Assembly (NCBI GenBank): GCA_964016885.1
Contig: OZ024742.1
Coordinates: 265,732,001-265,796,000 of the forward strand
Direction: 5' to 3'
From: Eledone cirrhosa
Lineage: Eukaryota
Length of the DNA: 64,000 bases
Positions 10,887 through 23,649 of the stretch are shown here, piece by piece. The translations under genes and the position numbers were made by a program. A model generated the notes under the pieces. That model was not told where the DNA came from. It did not search any database and saw nothing but the letters and a program-made list of their open reading frames with translations. Within the stretch, counting starts at the first letter, position 1; every line of letters starts with the position of its first letter.

Positions 10887-12456
10887 TATAAAACCAAAAA
10901 TCAGTGATGCATCTGGACTCAGTTTATTGTGTGTTACAATTGTTTCGCCGGCAGATAGCTCGAGACACGATCATTGTATGGATCTGTCTGATTCTAGATC
11001 TGCGGGTTCTTCGGACACATGCAATACTTTCGGAACAAAGTTTACGCATACACATACACATATGTACATATACACACGCACTCCCTCTCTTACACACACC
11101 CACACACGCCCACAACCATATACATACCAACATATACGTGATATACCACACATGGGGAGTATGAGATGCACACTTAGGTCTGTGTACGGAACAAACAATA
11201 AGTGTTCCAAAGTAGAACACGTGGAGAGTATGTATTCACGATTGAAGAGGTACACGTTCATGGGGGCGCGTAGCCCGGTCATAGTGGGGTATGTCACTGC
11301 TTACTTATTTATCTATTTATATGTGTGTATGTATGCATGCATGTATGTGTATGGATGTATGTATATGGTTACATGGTTTATATTTGTGCATGTATAACAG
11401 GATGCATCCTTCCATGGATGACCCTGTATGAACTTTTGTGCAGATTTATGACTGAGTATATCACATTGGGGTACGAACAGAGATATATACATGTGTGCGT
11501 GTATCTTCTTTGTGGATGTACTTGGACACGGAGGTAATTGGGCGCGTATCTGTTGGAATGTATATGAGCCAGTACGCGCGCGCGCGCGCGTGTGTGTGTC
11601 TGTGGGAGTGTGTATCTGTGGGTATGTGCACTTACATAGGGTAGGGATTGTTTGTGAGTATGTTTATGTGCGTGTACATGTACATATATGTAGATATATA
11701 TATATATGTATGTATATGTGTGTATGTGCGTTTGTGTCTGGGAGCGTGTCTGTCTTTAAGCCTCTCTATAAGGACAGGCGTGTATGTATGTGTGTCTATG
11801 TATATGTGTGTACGTGTTTTTGTATATGAGCAAATGTACGCGTACACAGATATGTGTCCTTGTATGCGTGTACCTGTGTGTGTGCGTGTGTGCGCGTGTG
11901 CGTGCGTGTGTGACCGGATGTATGAGGGCATATAGGCAGGCGCCTGTGGACGTGTATGTTGGTATGTATATGGTTGTGGGTGTGTATGGGTGTGTGTAAG
12001 AGAGGTAGTGTGTGTGTATATGTACATATGTGTATGCGTATATATATATGTTTCCGCGTGTGTGTATATGTGTATGTGTATATATATGTGTGTGCGTATG
12101 TGTGGGTATATATATGTGTGTGTGAGTGGACTTGTGAAATACCAAACCCAGCATGAGTCCATTGAAGTGTGTCGGACGGAGAGTAGTTGATGGCCAGTAT
12201 GGCAGCAAATATTGACCAGAATTATGATGACGTAGAAAAACAACAGCCAATAGCAAGACAAGAGTGGAAGATGTTTTTTGAAGCTAACACCCCAGTGAGA
12301 AAATGTGTTCCAAAGTATTGCATGTGTCCGAAGAACCCGCAGATCTAGAATCAGACAGACCCATACAATGATCGTGTCTCGAGCTATCTGCCGGCGAAAC
12401 AATTGTAACAGACAATAAACTGAGTCCAGATGCATCACTGATTTTTCGTTTTATAT
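10887..12456 (+). mobile_element. ORF-less PLE-derived element with ~150-bp terminal inverted repeats, each with an HHR (CCGAAGA core)
   Basis: 10887-11038 is the reverse complement of 12306-12456; ~11045-11140 is the reverse complement of ~11950-12040; HHR 12323-12412 and 10930-11019 (minus); TG-rich interior. Confidence 0.8.
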
Positions 12457-12514
<58 letters not shown>

Positions 12515-12518
<4 letters not shown>

Positions 12519-13345
12519 TGAGACAGTAAACAAAAAGAAAAAAAACAACGTGGAAGCGAAGAGGCAGTACAAAATGGTTATATTAGTTTCACGCTTGAGA
12601 GGGTGGGGTGGGGAACGACGTTTCGCGCATAAGCCCTTCATCAGGAGAAAAGTGGGCAGGATAAGAGTTCCGAGGGTGTGAGGGGGAGTGGTCTAAAGAT
12701 ATCAAAAAAGGGGGGGGGGAGAAAAGGGAGGAAAAACATTTTTAAGAGGGTAAAAAAAATTAAAATGAAACAAGTGATGAAAGGGTGTGAGGCGTGTAGG
12801 GGTGGTGGTCGGTGGAGGAGGTGGAGACGGGAAAGGGAGACGGGGGATCCGAGCAGGGAGGGCTTAGGGGTGGGGGTATGTGTGTAGGTGTACGTGTGTG
12901 TGTGTGTGTGTGTGCATGTGAATGTGAGAGTTGGCGGAAGAACGAGGTTCCATGTTCGGGTAATAGGGAAACCGGTGTGTACATGGGGTGGGTGAATGTC
13001 GGTGTGTGTGCGTGTGGATGGAGAGGGTTCAGAGGGGGTGGGGGATAGGGGAAGTGTGGATTCCGGAGGCTGGGTCGATGGCTGGAGCGGTGGACCGGTG
13101 GTGTAAAATCCTGGTATGGTAGAGTGGGAGTGGAGAGTTGTGGGGGTGCGCGCGCAACAGGAAGTGGTCAGAGGATCAAGGCAGGGGGAAGGCGGTGAGA
13201 GGAAGGAGATAGCAGTAGAACGGTGACAGCAGGCAAAGTAGTGGAATGTGTGTGTGTGTGCGGAGGTGCGGTGGACAGGGGAGGGGATGGGGATGTGGGA
13301 AAGATTGAAGGAGAGGGTAGGTGTGTGTGTTGGGGTGGGGTGTTA
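12515..13345 (-). mobile_element. PLE terminal fragment, G/GT-rich on plus strand, HHR core at 12613-12648
   Basis: Minus: CTGATGA-AGGGC-TTAT-GCGC-GAAA-CGTCG-TT; stem I not evident. Confidence 0.55.
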
Positions 13346-13690
13346 TATCTACTTTAAGCTAATATAAGTATCATATAAACTGTATAGCGGTAAATAATAA
13401 TGTTTTACCAATCTAATTACGTCATATTTTAAATTTCAAAGACGTGAAGTCCAGCTGTTCCTTCTCCCATTCACGTAACATCCCCTGTGTTGGGTTTTTT
13501 TTCTAATCATATGCTTGGTTGTCACCGATCTGTCCAGCTCGGTTGACCGCCAGTATATCAAAAGAAAACTGCATCCCCTATACATTTTATCTGACGAGAA
13601 TATGTTTTGCATTATTTTATACATAAACCTTGCATCTAAATATATATAAGAAAATAAATAGAGATGATCTAAAGTAACCATCTCTTGTTT

Positions 13691-14027
13691 TGGTTTGGCA
13701 GTATCGGTAGAGCATCAGACACTATGATTTGCAGCATAAAGTTATGGCCCTTTACGTTCTGGGTTCAAATCCCGTCGAGGTTAATTTTGCCATTCATCCT
13801 TACGGGGTCGATCAAATAAATTACCAGTCACACTCTGGAGTTGATTTAATTGACTTTCCCTCCTCCACAGTTGATGGCCTTGTGCCTATATAAGAAACAA
13901 TTATTATTATTATTATTATTTCAAATCCCACCGAGGTTAACTTTGCCTTTCATCCTTACGGGATCGATAAAATAAAGTACCAGTAATGTACTGGGCAATT
14001 GCTGGCCTTGTGCCTAAAACAGAAACA

Positions 14028-14035
<8 letters not shown>
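13691..14035 (+). mobile_element. tRNA-derived SINE plus a second 3'-half copy, each ending in (TTA)n
   Basis: GGCAGTATCGGTAGAG A box, GGTTCAAATCC B box, body as 6672 copy. Confidence 0.85.
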
Positions 14036-14069
<34 letters not shown>

Positions 14070-14081
14070 GTTATTGTTATT

Positions 14082-16054
14082 CCTTGAATCTCAGTCATTG
14101 ATGTTGGTTAACTGGAAAGTCCGTTGGATTGAATATCAAGCCACTACCTGCAGCCTCAGATATTCAGGACGTATCGGAGGGTTCTTGCCGTTCCAAGCAA
14201 GCATGCCTTTTGAAGCGTTCCAAAAAGCGTGAAGGGGCCGATTTTCTTTAACCATCCCTGGAAACCTTTGGAGATAGTCCCCAGTGCGCCTATGACAATC
14301 GGGATCACTTTGACTTCATGGCAGTTCCAAATCCTTTTCACCTCCCACTTTAGGTCCTGGTATCGGTTAATTTTCTCCCTCTCCTTCTCTTGCACTCTCG
14401 TGTCGAACGGGCAGGCCACATCCACAATCAGGCACGATCTTTTTTCTTTGTCCACAACCACCAGGTCAGGTCTATTGTGTTCCAGTTTTTTGTCCGTCTG
14501 TATCCTAAAATCCCACAGCACCTTCACCTGACTGTTCTCCATCACCGCCTCTGGCCTATGCTCATACCATTTCTCAGAATGTGGTAGATTGTTTACTTTG
14601 CACAGGTGCCAGTGGATCACCCTGCCCATCACATCGTGTCTCCAGCCCTTATAGTGGGTCTGGGCTAGGTGTTTACACTCGGACACAATGTGAGCCACAG
14701 TCTCCTCTCTCTCTCCACAGATCCTGCACAGTGGGCTAGCCTCCTCCTTGTAGATATGGTGCTTCAACCACTTCGTTTTGAGGGCCTGCTCCTGCGCAGC
14801 CATTAGCATTCCTTCTGTAGCCTTTTTGAGGTCTCCTCTTCTCAACCAGTTCCATGTCTGTGGATCTCTAAATTCAGTTTTCTCAAAGAAGGTACTATGA
14901 AGGGATTTTCCCTTAAGGCTGCTCTTCCTCCTTGATGTTATTTCCTCCTTGGGTATCCCCTGGCCTACTCTCCCCTCCTTCAGTACAGCTCTGAGCATTG
15001 GCTCCTTACTATAGGTCACGTATTTGTATAGGTTGTTTTTCTCCATCTGAACACAGTCCTCTATGCTGATAAGACCTCTTCCACCCTCAGATCTCCTTAG
15101 GTAGAGTCTATCGACATCACTCCTCTTGTGGAACATGTTGTAGATAGTCAATAGCTTCCTAGTCTTCCTATCCATTTCTTTTTGTTCAGCAACATTCCAT
15201 CTCAGAATTCCCGCACTGTACCTAATAATAGACACAGCTCGGGAATTTACTGCGCTTATGGCATTTCTGCTGTTCAGATGTGACTTCAATACGCTCCTTA
15301 CTCTCCGAATGTATTCAGTTCTTAACAATTCCTTCATTTTTTTGTTCTTTATGCCATCAGCCTCCAGAACGCCCAAATACTTGTATCCTTCCTCAGAGTC
15401 AATTTCCTTTATCATCTCACCTGTTGGTATCTGGATCCCGTTACTTCTGCTCAACCTACCCCTCCTCATCACAATGACTCCACATTTACCAATACCAAAC
15501 TGCATACATATATCACTGCTGAAAATACGGACAGTGTCAACAAGCACATCCAACTCCTTCTCACTTTTCCCGAAGAGCTTAAGATCGTCCATGAAGAGGA
15601 GGTGATTGATGGTAAGCTCTCCCCTTCCCAACTTGTATCCTGCTCTCACTTTTCGCAGCATAATGGTCAAGGGCATCAGGGCAAGGACAAACAACAGAGG
15701 GGACAGGCTATCTCCCTGGAAGATACCTCTCTTGATCTTCACGCTTCCCAAGGATACTCCAGTTGATGTCAACTCTGTCTCCCAGGACCCCATACTCCTG
15801 CCCAGCAACTCTCTGATGTTATCTGCCACCCTGAAGATCTCCAGGCTTTTGGTGATCCAGGAATGAGGCACCATGTCAAATGCCTTTCTGTAGTCTATCC
15901 ATCCCATGGCAAGATCAGTGTGTCTCCTCCTGCAATTCCCCATTACCATCTTATCAATAAGCAACTGGTCCTTTGTACCACGTGACTTCTTTCGGCATCC
16001 TTTCTGTTCGTCCGGCAACAAGTTGTTTGTGTGGAGGTGATGGTAGATTTCCTC

Positions 16055-16057
<3 letters not shown>
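14082..16057 (-). mobile_element. 5'-truncated R4/Dong-type non-LTR retrotransposon inserted in (TAA)n
   Basis: (TTA)n on both flanks; ORF runs to the 5' junction; short 3' UTR. Confidence 0.9.
14156..16021 (-). CDS. Reverse transcriptase + CCHC zinc knuckle + restriction-like endonuclease (uninterrupted, N-terminally truncated)
   Basis: [75 protein letters not shown]. Confidence 0.92.
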   Translation of the reverse strand: MLPDEQKGCRKKSRGTKDQLLIDKMVMGNCRRRHTDLAMGWIDYRKAFDMVPHSWITKSLEIFRVADNIRELLGRSMGSWETELTSTGVSLGSVKIKRGIFQGDSLSPLLFVLALMPLTIMLRKVRAGYKLGRGELTINHLLFMDDLKLFGKSEKELDVLVDTVRIFSSDICMQFGIGKCGVIVMRRGRLSRSNGIQIPTGEMIKEIDSEEGYKYLGVLEADGIKNKKMKELLRTEYIRRVRSVLKSHLNSRNAISAVNSRAVSIIRYSAGILRWNVAEQKEMDRKTRKLLTIYNMFHKRSDVDRLYLRRSEGGRGLISIEDCVQMEKNNLYKYVTYSKEPMLRAVLKEGRVGQGIPKEEITSRRKSSLKGKSLHSTFFEKTEFRDPQTWNWLRRGDLKKATEGMLMAAQEQALKTKWLKHHIYKEEASPLCRICGEREETVAHIVSECKHLAQTHYKGWRHDVMGRVIHWHLCKVNNLPHSEKWYEHRPEAVMENSQVKVLWDFRIQTDKKLEHNRPDLVVVDKEKRSCLIVDVACPFDTRVQEKEREKINRYQDLKWEVKRIWNCHEVKVIPIVIGALGTISKGFQGWLKKIGPFTLFGTLQKACLLGTARTLRYVLNI

Positions 16058-16092
<35 letters not shown>

Positions 16093-16504
16093 AGGGCGGT
16101 GGATTGGCAGTATCGGTAGAGGGTCGGACGCCATACTTTCCAGCATAGTTACGTCCCTTTACGATCTGAGTTCAAATCCCGCCGAGGTTGACTTTGCCTT
16201 TCATCCTTACGGGGTCGATAAAATAAAGTACCAGTAATGCACTGGGTTATTGCTGGCCTTGTGCCTAAAGTAGAAACAATTATTATTATTATTATTAGGG
16301 TGCTGAATTAGTAGTATCCATAGAGAGTCGGACGCCATGCTTTGACGCATAGAGTTACGGCCCTTGTCATTCTGAGTTCAAATCCCGCCGAGTTTAACTT
16401 TGCCTTTCATCCTTACGGGGTCGATAAAATAAAGTACCAGTAATGTACTGGGTAATTGCTGGCCTTGTGCCAATAGTAGAAACAATTATTATTATTATTA
16501 TTAT
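16093..16504 (+). mobile_element. Two head-to-tail full-length tRNA-derived SINEs (16093-16296, 16297-16504)
   Basis: A/B boxes, conserved body, (TTA)n tails. Confidence 0.88.
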
Positions 16505-16505
16505 T

Positions 16506-16570
16506 TGCATTTATCTTGCTTTATGTTCATATGAGTTATCACCAAGTCACAACCAGTGACCTCAAGAGAA
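16506..16570 (-). mobile_element. Probable 65-nt 3' tip of another Dong/R4-like LINE
   Basis: Minus TGAGGTCACTGGTTGTGACTTG resembles 3' UTR TGAGGCTGCAGGTAGTGGCTTG of the 14082 element; bounded by (TTA)n. Confidence 0.45.
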
Positions 16571-16808
16571 TTATTATTATTATTATTATTGAATGCTATG
16601 GTTGACGGAGGCTCGGCTCTGTAAGGTATTGTAAATTTTGACCGCTATAACAATTGTAAATTGTTTAAAACTTTAACCAAATTGTAGACAAAAACACCCT
16701 CCTCCTCGTGAGAGGGGTCTTTCTGCCCGTTATTTGGCCCTTCGGGGTTAAATAACCGCTTATTGGGGTTTTGTGCCCAATATTTATTTTAAACGAAAAA
16801 AAAAAAAC

Positions 16809-18556
16809 ATGGCTACGAAAAAGAATTTTCATAGGTCACTCCCACTCATTCCATCTTCTTCTTCCTCAATCGTCACTACAGCAGTGAGAAGATTGTCAGT
16901 CTCCCTCCCTTCTCTAAATGTGTCTCTCTCCCTCCCTTCTCTTTCGCAAGCGACGCCAGAAAAGAAAAATCACATGCAAAGCGTGCAAGATTTCTCCACG
17001 ACGACGACGACAACGACGAAAAAGGTGTGCAGGAAATACGAAAACCCATTTCATTCGTCTGACGTCAGGAATAATAGCAGTAGCAGCCATAATAACAGCA
17101 GCAGCAGCAATAGTGACAAGGAAAACAACAGTAGCAGCCGCAACAGCATCAGCAGCAGCATAAACAACAACAGCATTAGCAGCAACAACAACAGCAGCAG
17201 CAGCAACAACAACAACAGCAACAGCGGCGGCGGCAGTAGTCGTAGTACCTGCAGCAACAACAAAAGTAACAGCAGCTCTGACAACAACAACAACAACAAT
17301 AGCAGCAAAGAAAAACCAATCTCGTTTGCAGGTATCGCAAAGAACCTGGAAACCATCCTCATAACAAATGAGGAATTAGAGGAAGCGAAGAAGATGGTGA
17401 CAAAAACCGGACACCGAGCAATCTGCAAGGCAGCCGAAAAGTTTTTCGAAACCCAACAGCACTGTACGGTCACGCACCGTACAGTAAGCACAAAATCCCG
17501 TAGGGTTGAAAGAGCCACAGAGGCCCAAATACAAAAAGCCTTAGGGTCTGTGTGGCAGCGGAAAACGCACATCACCCGAGGCAAGAAATATGCCACCGCA
17601 GACGTGCTTTTTTCCACACCCCAGGAGGCAAAGGCTCAATCCTTAGTGACCCTAAGGAGCGAGGAAATGGTGTTGGTGCCCTCCTACTGCGGGCAAAAAA
17701 ATTGTGAGGGTCAAACTGACCCTTGGCTGGCCGCGTCTGTCCTCGTCGGAATCGAGGACAAAACAACTGTACTGCAAGTACAGAAAAAAGTAAGAGAAGA
17801 TTGGGTCGGCACCTCCATTGAGATGCTAATCCAAACCAACCAGGAGTGCATCGAAGCTATCCCGGATGTGATAGACTTCGATAACGGCACTCAACTGCTC
17901 ATAAGTGTTGAGGGCAAACGCCCGAAATGCTTTCGCTGTGGATCGAAGACTCACCTCAGGGCCTTCTGCAGCGAGAAGACCCTGAGAAAGGAGAAAACCT
18001 GCTCCACGGCTATCAGCAACAGGACAAGCGGCAACCAGGAACGATAGGTCCGTGGCACCCATACCCACGCCACGGAAATCAAAAACAGCAGCAGCAGTGG
18101 AAGTATTAACAACAACAACAGTAATACCAAATGCAGCTGCAACAGAGACTCCAGTGCAAACATCACCAACAACAACAAGTGAAATAGTGGAGCTGGTACC
18201 CCTCCCCGACCTCACAGAATCAGACATGGAGTGTGAGGTGGGAGAGGGATGGCAAAAGGTCGTAAGAAGGCACAAACGCAGAAGCAGTGCATCGTCGCCT
18301 TCGAAAAGGGAGGAAAGAAATGAAAAAAGGGTAAAGGCTACTGCAAAGAGACTCACAGCAGCAACACCACCAACATCATCACCACCCACACTAGCACCAC
18401 CATCACCACGGAGGAACTATCAATCGAAGAGTATATTCAGACATTCTCTTAGAAGAGCCGACGACCAGCCGAAGGGACGATTCAACGGTCCCTTCACCAG
18501 ACGATCAAGTGAAAAGGGATGTAGAAACCATCCCTCCTCTACGAAAAGTACGGTAA
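16809..18556 (+). pseudogene. LINE ORF1 (gag-like, CCHC knuckle, N/S-rich tract), frameshifted near 18047
   Basis: CFRCGSKTHLRAFC; later basic motif GWQKVVRRHKRR in another frame; end approximate. Confidence 0.75.
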
Positions 18557-18591
18557 GTGGTCTTTCCCATCTTTTCCACTCTATTTTAAAC

Positions 18592-21514
18592 ATGACCTCA
18601 CTCAGAATAGGCAGCATAAATGCGCGTGGCTTGGGGTCGTCATGGAAGCAGGGTCACCTGCTCAACGACCTCAGGTCACTAAACATAGATGTAGTGGCCA
18701 TCAGCGAGACCAGAATCTCCGAAGCACGGGCCTTCGCACCGATCTTCGGCGGCTACGATGTGTACGCATCTCCCAGCCGTCCTGGATCGGGGGGAGGAGT
18801 TGCTGTGCTTTTTCGGAGAGGTTTGGATCTCGCCATACGGGCCATCTTCCTGGACCCAGAGGGTAAGCTGGTGGTGCTGGACGGGACCAGCGGAGACGGG
18901 CAAGTTTCAGGCTAGTGGCCGTCTATGCCCCGACAGGAGCAGGGCGGCCTGATTTCTTCCGGCGTCTGGAGACCTTTCTTGGAACGTCCCGCTCTTTAGT
19001 GTTAGTGGGCGACTGGAACGGGATCTTAGATGCACGCTGGGACTGTGTGGGATTAGCGGATAGGGGTGGAGGGTGCAAGAGCCTCACCAACCTGCTCAGG
19101 CGTTTTGAACTGTCTGACAGGTACCGATTGGATTTCCCGAATGTGCCAATGTGGACTTGGACAAATCGCATAGGGTCATCCAGATCATATCTAGATAGAG
19201 TATTTTGTAGGGAAATAGATAGGTCAAGCATAGGCTGTCCACAATTCAAGATAGTCAGCTACACGGACCACAAATTCGTGATCTGTGTGCTTGACTTAGA
19301 TAGGCTTCATAGACGAGGACCCGGCTACTGGAAGCTAAACGCGTCCTTACCAGCGCGCAAGGCCTACAGAGACCGGATTAGCGAACTAGTTAAGCGGGCG
19401 TTGACGGGGGCCATCGTCAACAACAAGTGGTGGTTTGCTCTGAAAAGAGCGATTAGAATAGAATCCATTAGGTTTAGTAAGGCTTTAGCAATAGAGAAAA
19501 ATAGAGCAGAGGGAGAACTAGTTAGAAAGTTAGACGAGGCGCTTAGCAAAGGCATTGCGACCGACGTGCTTGCGGCGAAATTGGCCCTTGACCAATTCTT
19601 CAATGCAAAGCACGAAGGCTGCGTTGTCAGAGCAAGGGTGCGTGCTCTCAGACACGAGGGGACGAAAGCCGTTCAATGGGCCCGAGTGGCGGAGGCGCGT
19701 CGTGGCAACAAAGCCACGATCCGGTCTTTGGTGGACCACGACGGGCGCATGCTACTCGATAACGGGCAAATGTGTGAAGCTTTTCAGCGACACTTCGCTC
19801 AGCTGTTTGGGGGCAGCAGCGGTGGGCCGGGTAGAGGGATGGACTTTAGTGTCTACCTCGACGGACTGCCGCGGCTCTCGGTCACTGAGGCGGAGTGTTG
19901 CGAAAAGCCGATAACAGCCGCTGAAGTAAGGGAGGCAATGACTGGCTGCACAAGGGGTAAATCGCCTGGTTTGGATGGTCTGCCCTATGAACTTTACGTA
20001 CAGATGCCAGACTTGTTCGGAGGCCTCTTGGCGGACGTCTACTGCAACTGGCAACAGAACGGGAGAATTCCCAGTTCTGTGAGCCGAGGAGCGGTGGCAC
20101 TGCTGAGAAAGGATCCGAACAAGGGGGATAACATAGATAATTTCCGGCCCATAACTCTGCTAAATACAGAGTTCAAGATTTTGGCCAAGGTGCTAGCAAA
20201 GAGGTTGGCGCTTGTCGGTGGTGGTCTGGTGGGAGAGGCGCAGACATGCGCCATTCCCGACAGATCCATCCACGACAACCTCCATCTCATGCGATACATC
20301 ATAGAGAGGGTAGCTAAGGAACCTGGCACGGGTGGGTCCTTGATCAATTTAGATCAGTCGAAAGCTTTCGATAGGGTCGACCATCGTTACCTAGCGGCAG
20401 TCCTGAGGGCGGCTGGCTTTGGGCCCGTCTTCAGAGGCTGGATCGCTGCCATGCACAGCGACATCTGCTCTGTGGTGAGAGTGAACGGTCACCTTTCGGA
20501 ACCGTTCAACATCATGCGCTCGGTCCGCCAAGGATGTCCCCTCTCGTCCCTCTTGTACGTATTGACTCTCGAGCCATTACTGCACAAACTGGAGACGTTG
20601 AGGGGCGTCCCGCGCGAACTAGGATGCGGAAGATCCGTGTCAGCATGCCGTGGCTGATGATGCGCAGGCACGCGCTCAGGCTACGACATCTCCACCTCTT
20701 CCTCGACGGTGATCAGGTGTGGTCGCCGTTTGCTAGACACGTATTTCCCCATCTCGTTTCCTTGACGGAGCTGCAGTCCTGGGTCAAGCGAAGACCGAGC
20801 GGGAGCGCCTGGAGACTGGAATGTCTTCAGGCGCTCACAGTCCTCGACCAATCGGGAAATGTGATCGGTGGAAACTCCACCTCGGCGTTCTATAGAGGAT
20901 TAGTGGAGGGGAAGAGCGACGACGTACTTGGGGAAACTCTAGGCGTCGACGAAAATCAACTAGCCAATCTCTTCGGAAGAACTTTCGGGCCAGGGCCTAT
21001 GGACAACTTCCAGAAATCTCTGGCCTGGCAGTGCTACCGAGGAGCCTTGCCAGTTCGGGATAAACTCTACAGGCATGGAGGTGCCGTCAGCCGGGCATGT
21101 CCGAGATGCGCGCAGGGCGACGAAACCGTCCTGCACGCACTCGTCCAGTGTCCGAAAATTGCTGACTTGTGGGTTTATGTCGAACACCTGCTGTCGCGTT
21201 TAGGACGGATCCGGCTATCATCTGAGTCCATCGTGAGGATTGCCCCGCCCTCTTCCTTTAGCCGGGAAAGGCAGGCAGTTTTTATCTGTCTGGTGGCCAT
21301 GGCGAAAGAGATAGTATGGTGGACACGTTTGAAAGGGCTGAAGACGAGCACTTACCTCTTCGGTGATGCTCTGATTGACTTTTTCAAATTTCATTTGAAA
21401 AGGAAAATCAGAGTAGAGAGGGAAGTGCTCTCTTCCCAGCATTTTGTTGAAAGATGGGTGAGAGAAGCAAGAATGGCCCGAGTGAATGAGCCTACTCTGA
21501 GTATATATCTGTAA
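18592..21514 (+). pseudogene. LINE ORF2 (APE endonuclease-RT-zf-RVT); frameshift ~18900 and ~500-nt deletion at ~20645 removing YADD
   Basis: SINARGL, ISET, GDWN, SYLDRVF, TDHK, GKSPGLDG, NFRPITLLN, LDQSKAFD, RQGCPLS, CPRC..ETVLHALVQC. Confidence 0.9.
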
Positions 21515-21763
21515 ATTAAAGGTGGAAAACTGGGAGAGGGCACTTGCCTTGGTGGTCAGGGTCATTGTGGCTTTTTACTGGGCTTTCTCCACAAATGTCC
21601 CTCCGAAGTTTCCCCCCCTATTGGGGAATTTTTCATTGTTATTTTTTGTTACATCCTCTGTTTTTGATTTTTACACGCAGAAATGCCCATTTGTACCGTC
21701 CTGCGTTGTCCTGCACTGTCCTTAATGTCTACTTTATGTAAACCCTTGTGGTTAATAAAGAAA

Positions 21764-21819
<56 letters not shown>

Positions 21820-21984
21820 GTTGTTGTTGTTGTTTCTGAGATATATGCCGAGTGTCTTCCTTAAGCATGTTAATGATTATACTTTTAAAAAAAGAAAAAA
21901 AAAGAAAATGAAAAGAAAAAACAGTGTATACACATATGCATATGCATATGTAAATACAAGGATGGATATCAATACGTGTGCAGT

Positions 21985-22241
21985 TCCAGAAAAATAATTT
22001 TTTGCACCTCGTTCAGACAGGGTAAACCAGGAATCATTCGCAAATATTGTTCTGTTCCTTTCTTGATCATTCCCAGTCCTCCCACAATCACTGGTATTGT
22101 AACGGCCTTGAGGTGCCACATTTTCTCAATTTCAATAATCAGAACTTTTTATTTTCCTAGCTTGTCAAATTCTTCTGCTGCGATATTGTGATCACATGGG
22201 ATGCTCATATCTATCAATAAACAGACCTTGTTATGCTGATC
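21985..22241 (-). pseudogene. Degenerate restriction-like endonuclease fragment of an R4/Dong-like LINE
   Basis: Manual translation CLLIDMSIPCDHNI..EFDKLGK*..EIEKMWHLKAVTIPVIVGGLGMIKKG. Confidence 0.75.
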
Positions 22242-22502
22242 ATATATATATATGAAAGATTCAGGAACCCGACTGCTGAGCTCCTGCCGTTTCAACAGCT
22301 AGATCTGAACGCCGGGGTGTCCTGAATTTTTCCTATAACCCACTCTACTGCCCCAAGTAATAGTCTAACTGGTTTTTACCACATCCATTCTTATAACGAA
22401 GGATAACCTCTGACAGAAACATGAACTTTCCTCTCTAAATATGTATGTAAAAACTAATAATTTTCTACTGTATTTTTTCCCTTTTTACTATTTGTTTATA
22501 TG

Positions 22503-22537
<35 letters not shown>

Positions 22538-22722
22538 GGATATGTGTTCCTACACGCACAAGGCGCTAAGAGACACATGTATTATCCAACCATATGCCAA
22601 TGTGGTTCAATGGCAGGTTAATAAATTAACGAGCCAGAACATATATAATCAAGGTTACAATGTTGAATAGCGCCAGTTCGTAATTTGAATTCGAGAATTT
22701 TATATTCTCCGAATGAAAAGAT

Positions 22723-22804
22723 CCTTCTGACGAGATTCTTTCTTTGCAACGAAGGCCGTGTGGACTCCGTTTATTTTTGAGAATCGAAACCGACTCGGTA
22801 AAGG
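22723..22804 (+). ncRNA. Hammerhead ribozyme in short ORF-less element (~22641-22880, 15-bp inverted ends)
   Basis: CCTT-CTGACGA-GATTCT...AGAATC-GAAA-CCGACTCGG-TA-AAGG; TATAATCAAGGTT/AACCTTGATTATA ends. Confidence 0.82.
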
Positions 22805-22914
22805 TAACCATAGTAAGTACAGTTAATTTTTTAAAATTTATTTTGAAATTTTATCTTATTTGCTAAACCTTGATTATATATATATATATATATATAAGTA
22901 TGCATGTATGTATA

Positions 22915-23170
22915 AAGGTGACGTGGTTGCCTAAACACTGGACGGCGTAATTCGGGCTGTTTGTTTGTTTACAAACAAACAAACCGAGCATTATAATAAA
23001 TGTTCGGTAAACCGATACGTGCATATATATATGTGTGCATGTATGTATATATATACATACTACTGTATGTCTGGATACATATATGTATGTATGTATACAT
23101 ACATACATACTTACATTTAAGTAAGTGCCGTACTAAGAGGGAGAAATGAAATTTCGTTTCATTCTATTCC

Positions 23171-23178
<8 letters not shown>
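22915..23178 (+). repeat. Dispersed TA-flanked repeat family (also 35575-35780 and 35965-36218)
   Basis: Shared ACAAACCGAGCATTATAATAAATGTTCGGTAAACC...GCCGTACTAAGAG.GAGAAATGAAATTTCGTTTCATTC. Confidence 0.85.
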
Positions 23179-23236
<58 letters not shown>

Positions 23237-23367
23237 GTGAGGTTTTTTTTACAAAATGAAAAATAACCGAGGTGTCCTACACGAGTGAAAGTATAAAGAA
23301 AAAGCGATGAAATCGAAAATGCAACTGGAGTCTTATTTTTTTTTTAAATATATATATTTATTTGGTT

Positions 23368-23405
23368 CCTTTACCGGTTTCGCAGTTCTTCTGCTTTTCA
23401 AAAGG
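23368..23405 (-). ncRNA. 38-nt minimal hammerhead with U3-A8 core covariation
   Basis: Minus: CCTT-TTGAAAA-GCAG-AAGAA-CTGC-GAAA-CCGG-TA-AAGG. Confidence 0.7.
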
Positions 23406-23577
23406 TGAGTTGAGATGGAGGGTCTGTGGTTTTTCGTGCAAGCTCAACAATGAAAAACAGTGAAAACAAAAACGGAGATTATATGTGTATGTGCGTATAT
23501 TAATTGAGATAATACGACATACACATTGTAAGGGCAATTTAGATGTTATATATATTTTTATAAAATGAGGATGTGGC

Positions 23578-23649
23578 AGAAGAAGAAGAAGAAGAAGAAG
23601 AAGAAGAAGAAGAAGAAGAAGAAGAAGAAGAAGAAGAAGAAGAAGAAGA
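23578..23649. repeat. (GAA)n microsatellite
   Basis: Direct reading. Confidence 0.98.

Larger units (their letters stand above)
16591..21765 (+). mobile_element. Near full-length Tx1/L1-clade LINE inserted in (TTA)n; inactive copy
   Basis: 5' UTR, ORF1, ORF2, 3' UTR with AATAAA; (TTA)n on both flanks. Confidence 0.9.

Noticed and set aside
10887-12456. DNA transposon/MITE interpretation of terminal inverted repeats
   Set aside because: Repeats contain hammerheads, are often asymmetric with a tail, and in 1384-3910 enclose GIY-YIG sequence; this fits inverted PLE pLTRs better
17051-21565. Antisense and alternate-frame ORFs over the LINEs
   Set aside because: Shadow ORFs of GC-richer coding sequence
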